Shown: piece by piece, positions 12,652 through 28,568 of the stretch
Position numbering within the stretch: the stretch's first letter is position 1
How the letters are laid out: every line of letters begins with the position of its first letter
Assembly (NCBI GenBank): GCA_965240325.2
Contig: OZ251227.1
Coordinates: forward strand, 1,488,001 to 1,552,000
Length of the DNA: 64,000 nt
Reading direction: 5' to 3'
From: Rebecca billardiae RCC1528
Lineage: Eukaryota > Protista > Haptophyta
Translations under genes and position numbers: made by a program
The notes under the pieces: model-generated
Seen by the model: the letters and a program-made list of their open reading frames with translations, nothing else
Database searches by the model: none
Told to the model about the DNA's origin: nothing

Positions 12652-12804
12652 CAGACTCTGTTAATTTGTATTATATATATGTATTTACCCATTTCAGACT
12701 TTGGTCAGAACACGGTCCGGGAGCGATCCGGATGCATACGTAGCTATTGGAAATATGTCACCGGACTGGGTAAATGGCCATGAAAAATAGATGAGTCTGA
12801 ACTA
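12647..12804. mobile_element. Tiny MITE-like palindrome at the edge of a (TA)n tract
   Basis: TAGTTCAGACTC (12647-12658) pairs with GAGTCTGAACTA (12793-12804), plus an internal inverted pair ATTTACCCA/TGGGTAAAT. TA at both ends. Confidence 0.4.
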
Positions 12805-13315
12805 GTCACAAACTGATTTTCACACCCTGGGCACTTATTGGCCATCCATAGCAACCCCACTTGGGGCCCGGCTGAGTGGGACCGACTTCGGGCGCTCATT
12901 CGGCCGCAGGAATGCGATGATCACTTTATTCGGTACGCCCGGTTTCTATGACCGGACTGGCAGGGGTCAACCGGAGCCAGAGCCAAACGTAAAGTGTCCG
13001 GGAGCTCGTATGAAAAAAAGACCGGGATGCGCGCCTTGAAAGAATACATAGTCATACGAGATGGCTCGACAGATCACCCGCTGGCCGCTTGAATCCCGGA
13101 TGATTCAAATAACTTGAACTTCCCCCACAGCAGTGTTTTCCACTGACCGGACACTGTCCACGGTCTCACTCTCAGGCTGAGTCAGACTCAGGAGCCTCGC
13201 ATCCGACGGCTGCTGTGTTTCGCCCACCGAGGTATTTTGCGTAAGCCCCTTGCACCCACGCTTCTTGGCTTGCTTCGAATCAGTCAGTCGTCGATCGTCT
13301 GCTAATATTATACAG

Positions 13316-16720
<3,405 letters not shown>

Positions 16721-16813
16721 TCGTCCGCCACAAGTCGTGCGGCGGACACCGGGCTGTCCGCGGCGTCTTTCTTTCGTCGTCGTCATTCGTCGTCGTCATC
16801 GTCGTCGTCATCA

Positions 16814-18442
16814 TCATGCAGCAGTCGTAGCATCGATATCACCGCCGTCGAAGTCATCGACTTGCAGAGTTGCGCCCGATGAGTCGGAGTCGCGATGGCG
16901 CTGATGAGCAGTCTCGTCGTCGCCATCGCTCAACCTGTGGAACGGGTGAGGGGCCACCAGCGCGGGCCCATCCGTGTCGCCGGTGCCGTCGGCGGAGGTA
17001 GCGCCTGCTGCCACGGCGGATGCCATCACTCGTGCGTGGCGCGCGCGTTTTGACAGCTTTCCGCCCGCGACCAGTAGCGCCCCCAGCGTGACGCTCGAGC
17101 AGCCGAGCATGGCCGCGCCCAGCAGCCACGCCGGTGCCTCGCTGCTGGTAAGGCTCGCCACATGCAACTCGCCCCTGTCGGCTCCCGCCGCGCTGCGATG
17201 CGCCTTGCCGTACGCTTCGTAGCCGAGCCCGAGGAGCGCGAGGGACACGGACGCTGCGAGCCTTGCGAGTGCGAATAGGACGCCGACGGCCACGCCTGGC
17301 CTGAGTGGGTGGCGCAGCTGGCAGAGAGTGGTGCACTGGGTCGTGACGAGCCCGCGCCCGGTGGCGAGCACGAGCACGGGCGCGACGAGCGAGAGCCAGC
17401 CGGAGCGCACGTGCGCGCAGGGGAGGGTGAGCGCAAGCAGTGCGGCGGACGAGGCCCACGCCAGCCACACGCCGACAGCAAGCGTGCGTGCTGAGCCCAC
17501 AGCAGAAGCGATGTACGTGCTCGCGTGTGCGCCCGCCGTGAAGAGCGCCGCGCACGCGACGAACGCGCAGACGTTCTGGCGCGTGCTCAGGCCGAACGGC
17601 CCCTGCAGCAGCGGCGCAGACGTCGAGTCCCAGAGCACGCGCGCGCAGAAGGACGAAACCTCTATCGCGCAGAGGCGGCGGAAGGGGCCGTCACGCAGGA
17701 TATCGGCCGCGCTCGCGAGTGTGTCGGCGCACACGGCGCGCGCGGTGGGGGCGGCGGCGGCAGCGTGCGTGGCAACTGTGCCGTCTGCCGTGGATGACGG
17801 CGGTGGGAGCGCGATGAGCGCGGACACGAGCGCGAGGCCAAAGCCGCCAAGGGCCGCCATCAGCGCGAACGCAGCCCGCCAATGCACACACTCCGACAGC
17901 GCCACGCCCGCGAGGGGGCCGACGACCGCTGAGAACGCTCGCGCGGTCACGAGCGCGCCCACGGCGTGGCGCAGCGCGGGGCCGTCGTGCACCCACAGAA
18001 GTGGGACGAGCGCCTGCGCGACGACCATGACGGCGCCACCGGCAAAGCCCTGCACGAGGCGCAGGCCGAGCAGCGCGCCCATCGACGGTGCAGCGGTCAG
18101 CATGGCACTCGTCGACGCGTAGCTCAGCAGCGCGGCGCGGAGCACGAGCACGTGTCCGAACACGTCTGACAGGGCGCCTGCGAGCAGCATCCCCGGGGCG
18201 AGCCCGCACATGTACAGCGAATTGATCAGCTCCGCGTCCCGCAGCCCGCCGCCGAGCGCCGCGCACGCCACGGGTAAGATGGGTACAAGCATCTCATACG
18301 TGATTGGGCCGCACAGCGCGATGCAGCAGAGCGCGACGAGCACCGCGCGGCTCGGGTCGGCCGTTGTGGCGGCGTTCGCCGCGGCCGCGCGCGGCGGGCC
18401 ACAACGGCAGCGTGCGGGAGCACGCGGCGGCCGCGCGATCAT
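16814..18442 (-). CDS. MFS transporter, DHA1/Bcr-CflA-like
   Basis: About 12 hydrophobic segments, motif A-like 'GALSDVFGH', '[10 protein letters not shown]', 'GPLAG..HWRAAF'. Confidence 0.85.
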   Translation of the reverse strand: MIARPPRAPARCRCGPPRAAAANAATTADPSRAVLVALCCIALCGPITYEMLVPILPVACAALGGGLRDAELINSLYMCGLAPGMLLAGALSDVFGHVLVLRAALLSYASTSAMLTAAPSMGALLGLRLVQGFAGGAVMVVAQALVPLLWVHDGPALRHAVGALVTARAFSAVVGPLAGVALSECVHWRAAFALMAALGGFGLALVSALIALPPPSSTADGTVATHAAAAAPTARAVCADTLASAADILRDGPFRRLCAIEVSSFCARVLWDSTSAPLLQGPFGLSTRQNVCAFVACAALFTAGAHASTYIASAVGSARTLAVGVWLAWASSAALLALTLPCAHVRSGWLSLVAPVLVLATGRGLVTTQCTTLCQLRHPLRPGVAVGVLFALARLAASVSLALLGLGYEAYGKAHRSAAGADRGELHVASLTSSEAPAWLLGAAMLGCSSVTLGALLVAGGKLSKRARHARVMASAVAAGATSADGTGDTDGPALVAPHPFHRLSDGDDETAHQRHRDSDSSGATLQVDDFDGGDIDATTAA

Positions 18443-18462
18443 TGCGTGCCCGTGCCGCCAAT

Positions 18463-18546
18463 AATCAGGAGACCCGCTCGTCCTACAGACGAATCAGGAG
18501 ACCTGCGCCGTCCTACCTGTGTCGTTATATTAATCATAGAATGAGT
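18463..18546 (+). repeat. Dispersed ~58-bp motif, copy 1 (5' part tandemly duplicated)
   Basis: GACGAATCAGGAGACCTGCGCCGTCCTACCTGTGTCGTTATATTAATCATAGAATGAGT, close to the copy at 41477-41534. Confidence 0.8.
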
Positions 18547-18606
18547 TTATAATAATACTAAAGTATGTTTTGACGCTAACCAACCCACCCCCAAGGTACC
18601 CTGGCC

Positions 18607-19682
18607 GAGGCCACTTCACCGAAATCCAGGTTGGGGAGGATCTCCGCTGCACTGGTGGGGAGGATGTCATCCTCCCCGCTCGCCACGGCTGGGGAGGATG
18701 TCCGCCGCGCTGTCCGGTCTTTCGCCGCTGACAAAACTTTCGAAAACGAAAGTCGCGCCATGGCGGACCCGGTGTTCCCGCCCGGCGGCGAAAGGGGCGC
18801 GGGGCCGGTGGCTCGCGATCCGAAGGGCAGTAGCTCGCGACCTCGCTTGGGCGGTGGCAGCGGCGCTGTGGCACGGCGTGTACCATCCGCGCGGCTGTGC
18901 GCGATCGCGCGGTCCCGTTCGTCGCCACGCCGCGCGCGACCGTTCACGCCACAGTCTGTCCGCACTGGCATGCACCCGTTGCAAGCGCATGACGGCGGAG
19001 AGCTCAGAGAGCCCGTCACGCGCGTGACGACCGTGTGGGATGGGTTGTGCCGATATGAAGGCTGCCCTTCGTAGGCTTTCTGATGAGCCCATCCAACGTT
19101 CAGACCATTCCTAACTGCTGAAAGATGAGTCATCGCCTGCCACACGGCCATGGAGTTGTGGACAGTACAGCAGCCGTCCATGATCCTCATGCCCGCCTCA
19201 TGGGCCGGCGCGTGCCTCCCTGAACATGAAGACAAGCTGTACAACCCATCCCACACGGTCGTCACGCGCGTGACGGGCTCTCTGAGCTCTCCGCCGTCAT
19301 GCGCTTGCAACGGGTGCATGCCAGTGCGGACAGACTGTGGCGTGAACGGTCGCGCGCGGCGTGGCGACGAACGGGACCGCGCGATCGCGCACAGCCGCGC
19401 GGATGGTACACGCCGTGCCACAGCGCCGCTGCCACCGCCCAAGCGAGGTCGCGAGCTACTGCCCTTCGGATCGCGAGCCACCGGCCCCGCGCCCCTTTCG
19501 CCGCCGGGCGGGAACACCGGGTCCGCCATGGCGCGACTTTCGTTTTCGAAAGTTTTGTCAGCGGCGAAAGACCGGACAGCGCGGCGGACATCCTCCCCAG
19601 CCGTGGCGAGCGGGGAGGATGACATCCTCCCCACCAGTGCAGCGGAGATCCTCCCCAACCTGGATTTCGGTGAAGTGGCCTC
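18607..19682. mobile_element. Fold-back element: 442-bp inverted arms, 192-bp spacer, candidate 5-bp TSD TGGCC
   Basis: 18607-19048 is the reverse complement of 19241-19682; the ORF track shows identical peptides on both strands. Termini GAG...CTC. TGGCC at 18602-18606 and 19683-19687. Subterminal GGGGAGGAT repeats. Confidence 0.85.
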
Positions 19683-20114
19683 TGGCCGTGCGTCTCTTAT
19701 AATTACCGATTCTTATATTTTAGTATACTGTACACCCTGACCAGCAGATCCCTCATCATCCCGCGCCGCCGCTCATGATGTCAGGCGCCTGTTTTCTCGC
19801 GGTGAAGCCGCCGGTTCGAACCTACACGGATACCTGTTCGCGCAATCGCGCCAGGGGTCAGGAGTCCACTTGAGTGAAATCTCGGGCGGTCTGCGGCCTC
19901 CTCGCTCTGCTCCAGATGCCCGCCGCGGGCATTTGGAGTGTAGAGTGCGAGGACGCCGGGAAAGACCCGCGATTTCGCTGAAGTGGACTCCGTCATCGGC
20001 GGCACCAAGCGGCGCCGCCGTCAGTTGGCGCCGTCAGTTGGCGGTCCGAGTCGCTCGTCGACCTGCGAATCTAAATCGCTCGTCGCAAGTCGCAACCCCC
20101 TCACCCGCGAGAGC

Positions 20115-21401
20115 ATGTTGTCGAGGCTCCGTCAGCCCAGCGTGGTGCGTGCGGCGTGGCGCTCGACTCTGAATGCAGCGCGCGTCATCGACATTGAGCA
20201 GCACGTGGTTCTTCCCGCGCAGCCACCACCACGCGCAGCGCTGCATCCCATCCACGGCCCGGCCGCGTGGACGAGTGCCGAGCTTGTGCGGTCCGGGTGG
20301 TGGGGTGCCGAGCTGAGCCGCGTGGAGCTTGACCAGTTAGACGCGGCGCTCGTGCACTTGCTGAAGTCGGGCGACGTCGAGTGGACGGAGGACGACGTGC
20401 CGCTCAACATCACGCGCGCCAACTTCCCGATCGGCTCTGAGCTTGTGTCGCGACTGAGCGCGATGTCGGATGCACTCGAGGAGCGTGGCGCCACGATGAT
20501 TGCCAACATGCCCGTGGACAAGTACGACGTGCCCGAGCTCGCGGCAGCGTACCTTGGCCTGTGCGCGCACCTAGGTCAGTGGGTGCCACAGTCGTCGGCA
20601 GGCCTGCGCTCCAAGTCGCGAGGGTACGGCCTCCCTCTCGGCAAGATCCGCGCGGAGATGAGCGGCAACACGCCGATCGAAGGCAAGCAGTCGAATAACT
20701 ACTTTCGATTGCACACTGACCGCTGCGACGTGCTCTCGCTCCTCTCCATCCGCACCGCGCGCGCGGGTGGCCGCTCGCGCATCGCGTCCGCCGTCAAGAT
20801 CCACGACCTGATGGTCGAGCGGCACCCGGAGCTGGCGGCGCTCCTGTACGCGCCGATCCCGCGCATTTGGGAGGCGGGCGTCAGCGAGCTGCCTGTGTGG
20901 GCGGTGCACAAGGGCAAGTTCACCTCGCAGATCTCGCCGTCGTACATCGAGAACGCGCAGTTCGTCCCCGGCGTGCGCAAGCTGAGCGTCGAGGAGATTG
21001 AGGCGATCGATCTGCTCGAGGAGATTGGCCTCGAGGTGGGGCACGACTTTTTGCAGGAGCCCGGGCAGATGACGTTCCTCAACAACCACCTCGTGTACCA
21101 CGGGCGGACCGCGTGGTCTTTCGAGGGCGACGCGCAGAAGGATGCCCACTCCGGCCGCCTCCTGCTCCGCACGTGGCTCTCCCCCTTCAATTCGCGTGAG
21201 CTGCCCGACACTCCTGAGTTCCGCCTGCTGTGGGGCGACACGTCCGCAGGCGCTCCGCGCGGCGGGCTAGAGCCGGCCGTGCGCGCCGGGATTGTCGAGA
21301 AGCCCAAGGAGCTCACTGATGCCATCAACTCCGGCACGTACGACTACTACGGCCTCTTCCCGCGCAAGTTTGCGGGCCAGTCAGTGACTGGTGTGAATTG
21401 A
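20115..21401 (+). CDS. TauD/TfdA (clavaminate-synthase-like) Fe(II)/2-oxoglutarate dioxygenase
   Basis: 'HTDRCD' (HxD), 'NNHLVYHGRT', 'RLLLRTWL', N-terminal 'GPAAW'. The Arg/Ser-rich N-terminus from ATG 20115 looks like a transit peptide. Confidence 0.85.
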   Translation: MLSRLRQPSVVRAAWRSTLNAARVIDIEQHVVLPAQPPPRAALHPIHGPAAWTSAELVRSGWWGAELSRVELDQLDAALVHLLKSGDVEWTEDDVPLNITRANFPIGSELVSRLSAMSDALEERGATMIANMPVDKYDVPELAAAYLGLCAHLGQWVPQSSAGLRSKSRGYGLPLGKIRAEMSGNTPIEGKQSNNYFRLHTDRCDVLSLLSIRTARAGGRSRIASAVKIHDLMVERHPELAALLYAPIPRIWEAGVSELPVWAVHKGKFTSQISPSYIENAQFVPGVRKLSVEEIEAIDLLEEIGLEVGHDFLQEPGQMTFLNNHLVYHGRTAWSFEGDAQKDAHSGRLLLRTWLSPFNSRELPDTPEFRLLWGDTSAGAPRGGLEPAVRAGIVEKPKELTDAINSGTYDYYGLFPRKFAGQSVTGVN

Positions 21402-21860
21402 TTGAGCGACTTCGTTCGGCGAGCGCTTACTACTTATATATCGAGCGCCATCAAGGCCCTCTGCGAGGCGGAGTCAGTATTAATATATATATATGTATGT
21501 ATGTATATATATATATATATATATAGTGCTGTTGTGCTAGTCCAAAGGCGGCTAGCGCCGGCCAGGCGGCGGCACTCGCGGTCGTAGTGAGTGAGTGTCC
21601 GTAGTCTCGCCAGAGTGATCAGACTCCAGACGCCGTGGCCGCGTGCACCATCAGGATGATCGATGTCGACCGATACGACATCGTCATCAGCTAACTCAGA
21701 TCATGCATGCAGAAGCAGCGCGCAGATATTTAGTAGTCGTAGTATGTCAGAGCAGCTGCTGACGAGAATGGCGGCGGCGGCGTGCGAGAGCCCCGGTCGA
21801 GTCACGCGCCGGGCGGCGCAGGCCGCTAGGCGGCACGTCGAGTCCAACGGGGGCGCCGCC

Positions 21861-24800
21861 TCAGCGCGCGGGCGGCGCCGCCTCGACGACCGTCGCGCCC
21901 GCGTCGTCGTGCGCCACGAGCAGCGCAAAGCGCTGCACGCGCTCGAGCTCGTCCGTGGAGAGCGTCGCGTAGTCGAAGGTGCCGCACAGGTCGGTGTACC
22001 CGTCCTTGAAGAAGCGCACGGCGCCGCCGTCGCGGTACCGCGCGTAGCACTTGACGTACGCGGCGGGCAGCGCCGCGCCCGTCCGCGCGTGCCGCACCTG
22101 CAGCCGGCCGTACGCGGGCGTGAGCGAGATTGCGATCTCGTGCGCAAAGTGCGTGCACGTGTGCCGCGCGCCCGGGCCCGCGCTCGCCTCGATCACGATC
22201 GACGCGCGCCGCAGCTCGGCGGGGATGTCGACGCGCGTGCTGTGCGCGCCCGGGTCGAGCGCGACCTCGTGCACGCGCGTCGGCTCGACCAGCGTGAACC
22301 GCCTCTCCCCCTCGCCGAAGAAGGGCTGCTGCGAGAAGAAGAGCTCGAGGTCGAGCTTCCAGAAGCCGAGCGTCGCGGCGCGCGTGGGGCCGGCGTGGGC
22401 GAGCACGACGCTCTCGCCCTCGACGCGCACGCTGATGGTGGGCGTGCGCGCGGCGGCGGCGGCGAGCGCGGCCTCGCGGCTGTCCGCGTCCGCCGCGCCG
22501 CCCGCGCCGCCAGAGCCGCCGCCGCCGCCGCCGCCGCCGCCCTCCGCCTCGTCGAGCAGCGCGGCGAGCGCGGCGAAGCGCTCGCGCCACCGGTCGAGCG
22601 GCAGCGCGCCGGGCAGGCCTGTCACGTGCGCGCGCGCGCGCGCGAGGTCGCCCGTCACGACGGCGGCGTACGCGCGCATGTACTGCAGCTGCGGCGCGCA
22701 CGGCACGGGCGGCGGCGCAACGGCGGCGGCGCCGCCGCCGGGCCCGTCGAGCGTCGCGAGCAGCGCGACCGCCTCGTCCGCGCGGTCCATCGCAAAGAGG
22801 TAGTGGCACGCGCACAGCGCGTCCGCGGGCGTGAGGGGCGCGGGGCGGTGCGCGGCACGCGCGCAGAACGCGCGCCACTGCGCGGCGAGGCCGTCGTTGA
22901 GGCTGGCGGCGCTGCCGCCGAGCGCGTGCGCGCGCGCGTTCACCAGCGGGCCGTACTCCAGGTGCTCGTACTCGCCGCGCTCCGCCGGCTCGAGCGTGAG
23001 CAGCGCGCACTCGAACGCCGGGCCGAGGTCGCCCAGCGCCGCGCCGCCGAGCGCGTCGAGCCACTCGGCCGCGCGCGCTCGGTCCGCGTGCAGCAGCGCG
23101 TACGACCAGAGGGTGGGCTCGAAGGCGTGGCGCGCGGCGAGGGCGGCGGTGATCGCGCCGAACGCGCCGCGCTCGCGGCACCGCCACGCGAGCTCGGACA
23201 GCTCCACCCTCGCGAGGCTGCGCGCGCCCAGATACGCCAGCAGCTCGTCGAGCCGCGCCGAGCGCGCCACGGCCGACCACGAGTCGCTGTCGACGGCGCT
23301 CGGCGCCTCGACGACGCGGAGCTCGGCGGGCTCGGCAGCGGCGAGGAGCGGCGCGTCCGCGCCGCCCGCGGCGAGCGTGACGGTCGCGCCCGGGTGCGCG
23401 AACACGCCGGCGCTCGGGAAGTAGAAGCTGTACTCGAGCGTGGCGGAGCCGAAGGGCGGCAGCTCTCTGAGGCTGGTGCGCGTGTGGATGGAGCCGCACA
23501 CCGGCACCGCGCCCGCGGGCACGCGGTGGAGGACGGCGACGCGCAGCCGGCGGCTGGCCGGGTTGCTCACGACGAGGCGGCACGCGTAGACCACGCGGAC
23601 GAGCAGCTCCGGCCCCGCCTCCTTCTCCACGCGCTCCGAGCCCTCCCACGCCCAGCGGTCGTCCGCGCGCACCAGCGAGTGCCCGAGCAGCACCGCGCGC
23701 GTCGGCTGCGCGCGCACCGGCACCGTCTCGACGAGGGCGGCGATGGCGTGCGAGCGGAGGTGGACGTGCACGCCCGCGCCCACCGCGTCCACCTCCGCCG
23801 CGCCGCCCGGCGGCGGCGCGAACGGCAGCTCGAGCACCGCGAGCGCGCCCATCGCCGCGCTGAAGCTGCACGCCGCGTCCGCAAAGTGCGCACATAGAAA
23901 GGGGCCGTCCGACGGGCTGTGCGCGGCCAGAGCCGCCCACAGCCGCGCGGGCGGGACGAGCTCGGGGCCGGCGGCATCGGCCTCGTCGCGCCGGCGCCAC
24001 GTCGTCTCGGCCCACTCGCGCGTGCGGTCGGCCGCGCGGTACAGCTGCTGCTGCTGCTGCTGCTGCTCGCGCCGCTGCGCCAAGCCGCGCGCGGCGCGCG
24101 GCGCGGCGCCCGGCGGCGGCGGCGGCGGCGGGGCCGCCGCCGCCATCGCGCAGCACGAGCGCGCGCGCGGCTCAAAGTCGTCGTCGTCGTCCGCCTCCTC
24201 GCGCGCCTCCTCGCACGCCTCGAGCACGTCCGCGCACATCGCCCCGGCCATCGCCTCCGCCCCAAACTCGTCGCGGCACTCGGCGAGCGCGGGCGCGAGC
24301 GCGTCGCCCGCCGCGTCGCCGCCGGCAATCACGGTGTCCACCGCGCGCTCGTCCAGCGCTGGGTCTGCCGGCCGGAGCTCGAGCTGCTCGGCGAGGCGGC
24401 GGTGGAGCGCGCGCGGCGCGGGGTCGTCGGCGGGCAGGCTCCGCGCGAGCAGCGCGAGCTCGAGCGCGTTGCACCGCGCCAGCCGCCTGGGCGCGAGGTG
24501 CGCACGCAGCTGCTCCGGGGGCGCGCCCAGCAGACACAGATCGAGCAGGCCGGGGCGTGCCTTGGCGCGCAGGCCCGGCCGCACGGCCGCGTCGAAGAAG
24601 GGGCGGTCCTTGGACCAGACGAAGAGCGCGAGCTCGTGGCACGCGTGCTCGCTCCACGCCGCGCGCTTCTGCGCCTCGCCCAGCGCGTGCCACCGCGTCA
24701 CGAGCTCGAGTGCCCCGAGGTCCGCGCACACGTGAGCGGGCGCGAGCGCGCTCAGCGCGCGGTGCAGCTTGGCGACCGAGTCGACCAGCTCGAGCCGCGC

Positions 24801-25227
24801 GGTGGAGCGGTCGGCGAGGTCGAGCGCGGTGCCCGCGGGCGCGCCGACGAGGCGGCGGGTCTCGCGCAGCCGCGCGGGCGCGCCGCTCGGCGCTGCCGGC
24901 TGGCGCAGGTCGCGCACCGCCGCCGGCTCCGCGCCGCCGGCCGCGTGCTGCGGCGGCGACAGCACCGCCCGACACGCGAGCGTGGCGCTGGGGTCCACCA
25001 CGACGATGTGCGCGTGCGCCGCGCCGCGCAGCTCGGCGCCGCGCAGCTCGAGCACGCCGTCGGGCCCCGGGCGCAGGTTGTGCAGCAGCACCGCGCGCGC
25101 GGGCGCGACGGGGAGGAAGTCGTAGCTCGGGAACTCCGGGCCCTCGACGCGCGGCTCGGCGCGCGCGCCGGCGCGCGCGTCGCGCGCGCGGCCGCACGCC
25201 TTGAGCTTGCGGCGCGCGCGCATCTCC

Positions 25228-25258
<31 letters not shown>

Positions 25259-28200
25259 TGCCGAAGGGGGCGGCGTTGGCGCAGCCGCCGAGGCCCGCGT
25301 CGTTGCACGCGTACGCCGCGCTGCCCTCGCGCGCGTGCTGCGCGCGCGTGCTCGTCTCGCGCCGCGCCGTCGGATGGACGAGCAGCGAAGGCCTGTCTAG
25401 CAACACGCCCGCGCGCCTCGGCCGCTTCTGCTGACGGTCGAGAACGTAGCAGTACTCGTCGCCGAGCTGGCGGCCGGAGAGGTAGGTCGCGGCGCCGAGC
25501 GCGCCGTCGCAGCGCACGGGCTCGCACACGTCCGCGCACGCGAGCTGGCCCTCGCCCAGCGGCGAGGGCGCGAAGGGCGCGCCCAGCACGTGCACGCGCG
25601 TGCTCGGGCCGCAGCCGCTCAGCGCGAGACGCACGCCGCCGTCCGCGCTCGGGCGCAGCTCGGCGAGCGCCGTCGGCTGCGGCGTGGAGAGCTCGAGCAG
25701 CGCCGAGGGCAGGCTCGCCCAGACGCGCGGCGCGTCCGCCGCCTCCCCCGCCGCCGCCTCCGCCGGCCGCGGCGCCACCGTCACCTCGGCGCTCACGCCG
25801 CCGCCATCGGGCCCGCCGCCCGCCGCCCAAAAGACATAGCGACCTGCGCGCAGCCCCGTGGCACGGAGCGCGCCGCCCTGCGCGCGCACGTGCGCGGAGA
25901 CGTCGCGCACGGGCACGCCGCCGGCGCGCACCTCGACCGCGGCCCACTGCCGCGCGCGCGCCGCGCCCGCCGCCGCGCCCGCCCCCGCCTCTTCGGCGGC
26001 GAGCGCGGCAGGAGCCAACGGCACGCAGATCGGCTCGGGCGCGCCTTCCACAGCCTGCTCAAAAACCACCTGCTCGCGCGGCGCGAGCGGCGGCGGCGCG
26101 CCGAGCTCGAAGGTCTGCACGAGCTCGCCCGCGCGCGCGCTGAGCCCGACGACCCCCGCGAGCGCGCCCAGCCGCACCTCGCCCGCCGCGTCCGTGCTCA
26201 GCGTCGCCTCGACCGCGTCGGCGCGGTGCAGCGCGCGGCTGCGCAGCCGCACGGTGAGCGCGCGCCGCGGCACCGGCTCGCCCGACTTGCCGAGCAGGGC
26301 GAGGCGGTAGCCGCTGCCGGGCACGTGGCGCAGGTAGAGCGCGGCGGTGGCCGGCGCGGCGTGCATCGTCGCCAGCGCCACCTCCTCCTCCGCGCTCAGC
26401 TCCGCCGTGCGCTGCTCGCTGAGCACGCGCACGCGCGCGCCCACCTTGAGACGCACCGCGCGCGCGTCCGCCGGGAGCCGGAGCTCGACGACGGACTCGG
26501 CGTCGTCGGAGGGGGCGAGGGGCTCGCGCCGCTTGGCCGTGACCTCGCGCCCGTCGGTCGTCGTCACCTCCACGTGCGCCTCCTCCAGCAGCGACACCGA
26601 CGCCGCCGCGCCGTCGATGCTCAGCCCGAGCCGCAGCAGCGCGCTTGCCCGCTCGGCGCCCAGCAGGGACTGCCGCTCGACCAGCCAGGACGCGCGCAGC
26701 TCGTACCGCTCCGGGCGGAGGTGGACGGCGCTGACGACGGCGAGCTCGCCGTCGGTGAGCAGCACGGGCACGCGCCCCGGCCGCGTCGAGAAGGGCAGCG
26801 TGATCGAGCCGTCCGCCCCCGCGCCGTACGTCTTGCCGCCGCCCGCGCCCCCGAGCGTCAGGCTGGCGCGCGCGCACGGCGCGCCGCACTCGTCGAGCAC
26901 GGCCACGGACAGCCCCGCGGCGCTCGGCCGCGCGGCGCAGCGCAGGTCGCCGCGGCGCACGAGGGCGCGGCTCGCGCGCCGCCCGCCGAGCAGCTCGACC
27001 ACGTACGTGCCCGGCGCCTCGCACTCCGGCAGCGAGATCGCGATCTCGTGCCGCAGCATCGGAGGGTGCGCGTACGTAAGGACGCGCTCCGCGCCCGCGG
27101 CGAGACCGTCCAAGTCCATGGCGGCGTCGAGCTGCGCGCCGGGCGCGGCGGCGTGCGCGTCGAACCACGCGGGCACGTGCACGCGGAACACGCGCACGCG
27201 CAGGCTCGGCACGTTCTTCAGCGCCACGCGCAGCGACACCGGCCCGCTGCGCCCAAAGCGGCTCGGGTTGGCCGGCAGCAGCTCGAGGTCGACGCGCTCG
27301 CGCAGGCACGCCGCGGCGGCCGCGCCGAGCACGTCGGCCCAGCCGCCGTCGGTCGCGCCGCCGAGGAGCTTGACCTCGGCGCGCGTGCGCGCGAGCCAGC
27401 GCTCGTCCACCAGCGCGCCGAGCTCCGCGCCCACCGCCTCGCCCTCCGCGCCCTCCGCGCCGAGCAGCGTGCGCACGCACGGGCCGAGCACGCGGAGGTC
27501 GTCCTGGGGCGCGCCGAGCCCGAGCGCGTCGACGAAGGCCGGCGGCGGCGCGCTGGGCACGGGGCCGGCGCCGGCGCCGCCGGCGCCGCCGGCCGCCGCG
27601 TGCTGCTTGCGCTGCTCCACCTGCGGGTTCACGCTCGCGCCGCCCGCGGGCCTCGGCAGCGCCAGGTACGCCAGCACGCGCGCGCGCTCGACCGCGCCCG
27701 CGCGCACGTCGCACGCGAGCCGGTGGAAGAGGGCGAGCGAGCGGTGCGGCGCGAAGGCGGGCGGGAGCGGCTCGAGGAGGCGGAGCACCGCGTCCAGGTA
27801 CGCCGCGCGCGCCGCGCCGTCCCCCTCCACGTCGACGTGCGCCGCCGGGCGCAGCCTCGCCACCGCGAGCTCGACGCGGATCGGGTGGTCGCGCAGCTCG
27901 GGCCGCAGACCGACCAGCGCGTCGAGCGCGTCCGCGGTGAGGTGGCGGTGGACGTCGAGCGCGCCGAAGCCGGCCGAGCTCTTCTCGCCCAGCTCCGCCG
28001 CGATCGCCTCGACCAGGTGCGGCAGGCTCGCCGCCGCGGCGGGCGGCTCGTACCCCGCGCGCCGGAGGTAGGCGAGGCGGCGCGGCGCGTCGAGCGCGCG
28101 CGGGTCGACGAGCCGGAGGCCCCACGGCGTGAGGTCGTCGTCGAAGGCGTAGTGCCCGCGCTGGACGGCGGCGTTGACGAGCGCCTCCTCGTCGAGCAGG

Positions 28201-28568
28201 GCCTGGTCCAGCGCGTTCGGGTGCTGCGCCGCGGCCGCCTCCGCCTCGGGCGCGTGGTGGTCGTAGCTCACGCCGAGCTCGCGGATCAGCGCCGGCGCGT
28301 GGGTGGCGAGGTCGGCGCTGGCCTTGAGGAGCTGCTGGCGCCGGTGCACGCGCTTGTACGGGGCCTTCTTCCGCGGGTCGGGCCGCCCGTCGCTCGGCCA
28401 GCTCGCCAGGATCGCGTCCACGGCCGCGAGGTCGCCGCGGTGCTGCGCGTCAATCGCGCGCCAGTAGAGCTGCTCCTCGCTGCCCGCGACGAGAGAGTCG
28501 ATGACGGACGCGCGGTCGTCGGCGAGGGCGAGGGACTCGAGCTGCTCGATGCTGGTCGAAGGCGTCAT
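21861..28568 (-). CDS. 2235-aa intronless protein, alpha-2-macroglobulin-like/MG-domain family of bacterial type
   Basis: Uninterrupted ORF from MTPSTSIEQ with complex sequence. Beta-rich blocks ('VSLRVALKNVPSLRVRVF', 'PGTYVVEL', 'TLEYSFYFPSAG') and C-terminal 'YVKCYARYRDG..FFKDGYTDLCGTFDY'. The family label is from recall; no CGEQ thioester motif seen. Confidence 0.6.

Noticed and set aside
19080-19140. CTGATGA...GAAA in the fold-back spacer, resembling a hammerhead ribozyme core
   Set aside because: Stem II cannot close next to GAAA, and the U-H cleavage site after stem III is missing.
18576-19740. Identical ORFs on both strands as duplicated genes
   Set aside because: A consequence of the inverted repeat; no protein motifs.
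19800-19830. GGTTCGAAC, tRNA T-loop/B-box-like
   Set aside because: No T-stem pairing or cloverleaf.
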